Below are positions 61,687-64,000 of a stretch of 64,000 bases of DNA, piece after piece. Source of the DNA: Cyanidioschyzon merolae (taxonomy: Eukaryota); NCBI GenBank assembly GCA_000091205.1, contig AP006497.2. One strand, written 5' to 3'. Position 1 is the stretch's first letter, and every line of letters begins with the position of its first letter. The notes under the pieces were generated by a model. The model saw only the letters and a list, made by a program, of their open reading frames with translations, was not told the DNA's origin and searched no databases. A program made the translations under genes and the position numbers.

Positions 61687-62574
61687 ATGCAGCGCCCAGA
61701 GGGCCCAGGGACGCACACGATTCCTATGCCGAAACTAAACTCAGCAGAGGATGTTTTCACTTTTTGGTTTGGGGTAGAGCCGTCTCTTGAAAAACGCCGA
61801 AAGTGTCTTTCCTCCTTCAGCTACTTCGAGTCGCGCGTTGCAACGTGGTTTCTCGGGAAGAACAAGGAGTTCGAGCTAGTTCAGCTGGAAAGCGTTGACC
61901 TCGTGCATCGAGCCGGGCGAGGCGAGCTGCACGGCGGCGAGTGGGACCAACCTCTTGGGTTGCTTGCTCGGATCTTGCTGACGGATCAGTTTCCACGGTG
62001 CATCTGGCGCGGACGCGCGGAAGCCTTTCAGTACGACAACGTAGCGCGCGGCATATGTCGTGCAATCCTCGAGAAGGGCTGGGACAAGAGCGAGTTTTTT
62101 TTCGCAGAGCGTATATTCATATATCTACCTCTAGAGCATAGTGAATCCCTCGCAGATCAGCGCGAATGTGTTCGTCTGATGCGCACCGCAGCAGCGGGCT
62201 CGCCATGGCTCACACGCTGGAAACACGCGCGCAGCGTCAACGTGAAAATGGCTGAGGATCATCTCCGCGTAATCGAAAGGTTTGGACGATTCCCATATCG
62301 CAACGAGTCCTTGGGTCGGGCTTCATCGCCCGACGAAATAGCATGGTTGAGATCAGGGAACTTGCCGGTATTTGCAAAGAGCCAACTCGCATCATCGCAG
62401 CACAACGAGGCCGCGAGCACCGAGCCAGCTTCTGCGGGCGGGAATGCATCCACAGAACGTGCTTTTGGCAGAGTGTCCCGGTCACCGTGGACTGCGCTAT
62501 CGGCTGCGGTGCTGGCCATTGGAACTGCAGCTGCCATCAGCTATCGCATCTACCAAAGGCGCCATGAAGTCTGA
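61687..62574 (+). CDS. DUF924-family protein with C-terminal TM anchor
   Basis: FWFG...W.....D......F....E.LLARILLTDQFPRCIWRGRAEAFQYD...IYLPLEHSESL...ERFGRFPYRNESLGRASSPDEIAWL is the DUF924 pattern. C-terminal hydrophobic LSAAVLAIGTAAAISY. Confidence 0.65.
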   Translation: MQRPEGPGTHTIPMPKLNSAEDVFTFWFGVEPSLEKRRKCLSSFSYFESRVATWFLGKNKEFELVQLESVDLVHRAGRGELHGGEWDQPLGLLARILLTDQFPRCIWRGRAEAFQYDNVARGICRAILEKGWDKSEFFFAERIFIYLPLEHSESLADQRECVRLMRTAAAGSPWLTRWKHARSVNVKMAEDHLRVIERFGRFPYRNESLGRASSPDEIAWLRSGNLPVFAKSQLASSQHNEAASTEPASAGGNASTERAFGRVSRSPWTALSAAVLAIGTAAAISYRIYQRRHEV

Positions 62575-64000
62575 CGTCTGATGGGACTCATTGACCATCT
62601 GGTTTGCTTTTCCGCGATGCGCAACGCCAACGCAAACTGGTGCGCCAGGATCACATTTGGTGACAACGCCTCCCCGCGAAGCTCAGCGGTCATTGCTGGG
62701 TAGCCAAATTACCGATTTCATCGGATACCGCAAGGCACCATCATCAGCAGTGGCAGGTCTTCTGTTATGGCTCTGGGATAAATGGTGCATTCGTTGGAAT
62801 CTGTACCGACTCTGGGACGCAGTCTGGAACGGAGGGATCTGATGGCGTGCCGCCTTCTCAATCTGTATCAGACGAGAATGGAATGGTGAACTGCTCGCGC
62901 TGTTCCTGCATTTCGGTTTTTTTCGAACATTTCTGGAGTTGGTGGCGAGCTTCGACATTCAACGTGAAGCAACGAGGGACGATGGATTCATGAATATTTT
63001 AAGGATTTTTGGTCGTCTTTTCCGTATGTCGTCTCTGATTCTATGTCGCGGGAATTCGTTACATCAACGCAATCAAGATGTTTCGGGACGCCGCCGAATA
63101 AGAGTTCGTAAAATATCTGACAGAATCATCCAATGCATGCATACAAGTCTGGATGCTTCTCGTTTCCTGAAGTGCGGTCTGCTCCAATCTTGCATTCTCC
63201 AAATGTTCGGTCTTTCTGTTCTCGACGACGTCGTGGCCCGTCGACTTGCTTATTTGCTCATGGCATACGTTGACTGAACTTTTCGCTTCAGCGAATGATC
63301 GATTCGGTTTAGGAGACGAACCCTCCTATCTCACTGGTCATCGACGAGGCGGCATTCGACAGCAGCCTGCTGCCTCTCACATGACACGCCCGCAGACAGA
63401 CCCGTCTCTTCTGTTTCCATGGAGAGAGGCCTCGTTCTCGGACCTGAATCATCCCAGCGATCGCCCGCGGTGGAGCGTACGTCAACGCTTTCCACGCAGG
63501 TAGGGTAGACGAAACGAAATTTCTCGCCCAGGTTTCCCGCCTGAGTTTTATTGCGATTTCTGATGCCATCATGATGAACATCGCGTTCCACAAACCTCGA
63601 TCGAACCGAGGAGCGTGCCCGTGCTTGTGCAGCGGACTGAGCGCCTACCGAGGACTCTCGCCCGGCGGGTGCTCGATAGTGTAGGGTACGGTGCCGGGCG
63701 TGGAAACGGAGGATTGCAACACCGACAAGCATCCGTACCCGTCAAGCGCACAGCCCAAGCGAAGAAGCAAGCCCGTGCGTGGGCGCCACGCCCACCCGCA
63801 AGCTCCGTCGCGCTCCGGGGATGTCTGGTGGTGGATGCCCCGGAACACTCCACCACAGGATGCAGTCCTGCATCGCTTCAAGAGGTCTCGCGCCGGCAGT
63901 GCCGGATCGCAGCCACACCCAAAAAACCCCATTTGTGACAACTGTCTATCGTGACATTCGTGCGCGTGTCAGAACTGCCGGTGATTTGGCGGCAACGCGC

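Noticed and set aside
1-64000. tRNA, rRNA and snRNA genes
   Set aside because: No convincing A-box/B-box pair (TRGCNNAGTGG ... GGTTCGANTCC) or rRNA-like conserved stretch was seen on visual scan. A covariance-model search would be needed to exclude tRNAs.

Overview
The window looks like nuclear DNA from a GC-rich (about 58-60%), compact and largely intron-less photosynthetic microbial eukaryote. Evidence for that is a nuclear cytochrome b6f Rieske PetC with an N-terminal presequence, a DUF1995 chloroplast-type protein, and mitochondrial/ER housekeeping genes (Sam50, NDUFS4, Spc3, Pex12, eL41). About 25 single-exon protein genes are recognisable on both strands: DNAJC21/Jjj1, Sam50, eL41, UBR7-like, PetC, a twin-Cx9C protein, a GLTP-domain protein, a long kinesin, PPC decarboxylase, a WD40 protein, an Rpb7-like protein, a C26 glutamine-amidotransferase-like peptidase, NDUFS4, an FCP1/NIF phosphatase, an M16 peptidase, PEX12, SPCS3 and a DUF924 protein. 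CAG/CTG microsatellites are frequent. The dominant non-housekeeping content is a family of TnpB/Fanzor-like RuvC-nuclease elements (eukaryotic OMEGA-type RNA-guided nuclease candidates). The family comprises three long copies (about 8.5-12.4 kb on the minus strand, about 15.5-18.6 kb on the plus strand, about 35.3-39.35 kb on the plus strand), one 3' fragment at 1.7-2.2 kb, one internally deleted non-autonomous derivative at 2.9-3.66 kb and one solo leader fragment at 21.9-22.3 kb. Each copy carries a RuvC-I 'G-x-D-x-G..N..T' motif and a C-terminal 'NRDFNAAINIRR' RuvC-III motif. Each also has a conserved non-coding 3' module that is a candidate guide-RNA scaffold (omegaRNA), and a roughly 1-kb 5' leader with a long internal inverted repeat. 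Every copy has its own stop codons or frameshifts, so none is clearly intact. The 3' ends of all four terminated copies lie 27-80 nt upstream of a host start codon in sense orientation. No rRNA, confident tRNA or CRISPR features were found. All calls rest on reading motifs and self-similarity by eye from the sequence and the ORF track; no database search was run.
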